From positions 1 to 55,869 of the forward strand of contig JBFJVD010000002.1 of the NCBI GenBank assembly GCA_041624375.1: a stretch of DNA of 55,869 bases. The letters are read 5' to 3'. Below, in pieces: positions 55,744 to 55,869 of the stretch. Every line of letters starts with the position of its first letter. The first letter of the stretch is position 1. Both the position numbers and the translations under genes were made by a program. The stretch is from Anaerolineales bacterium (GTDB lineage: Bacteria; Chloroflexota; Anaerolineae; Anaerolineales; E44-bin32). The notes under the pieces are model-generated. The model saw nothing but the letters and a program-made list of their open reading frames with translations, did not search any database and had not been told where the DNA came from.

Positions 55744-55869
55744 GGTTAGGTTGCCTGCTGCACCTCGCCGTCAGGAACAGGATGCGAAGCTTGACATCCA
55801 ACGTTTTCTTACCGGTCCATGTGAAGGGCGGTTCCGCTGGTGGGCGCGCCGGCAAGCTGGGGGTTGAAC

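Noticed and set aside
1-55869. Mobile elements, prophage, CRISPR, rRNA or tRNA
   Set aside because: No transposase, integrase or phage genes, no regularly spaced repeats, and no cloverleaf or rRNA signatures seen.

Overview
A gene-dense, GC-rich bacterial chromosomal window. I infer Chloroflexota (Anaerolineae-like) from the lipoprotein style, a GAAC-N4-GTTC SOS box and the gene content. I found no rRNA, tRNA, CRISPR array or mobile element. Left part: mutY, a TolB-like lipoprotein, an FtsH-like AAA protease, a candidate ~170-nt rod-shaped ncRNA, thrCB, a probably LexA-controlled YcaQ-like glycosylase, an SDR, R2lox, an aminotransferase, an ECF sigma/anti-sigma module with three matching promoters, DmpA and an MFS transporter. 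Middle: a 12-gene Lrp-led polyamine uptake/catabolism operon. Right: a peptidase/oxidoreductase block, a PaaK-like/ABC/stripped-IorA/ALDH operon, and GT2, DUF2304-GAF and phosphodiesterase-family genes. The standout is a minus-strand locus at 17874-22815. It contains a 55-aa ORF missing from the ORF track (ending ...AYALAAWWWGR), a ComQ-like prenyltransferase lacking the IPP-binding motifs, and a ~10-TM PDZ-like hybrid histidine kinase. Together these form a candidate ComQXP-like prenylated-peptide (RiPP) quorum-sensing system with a non-Bacillus gene order and output module.
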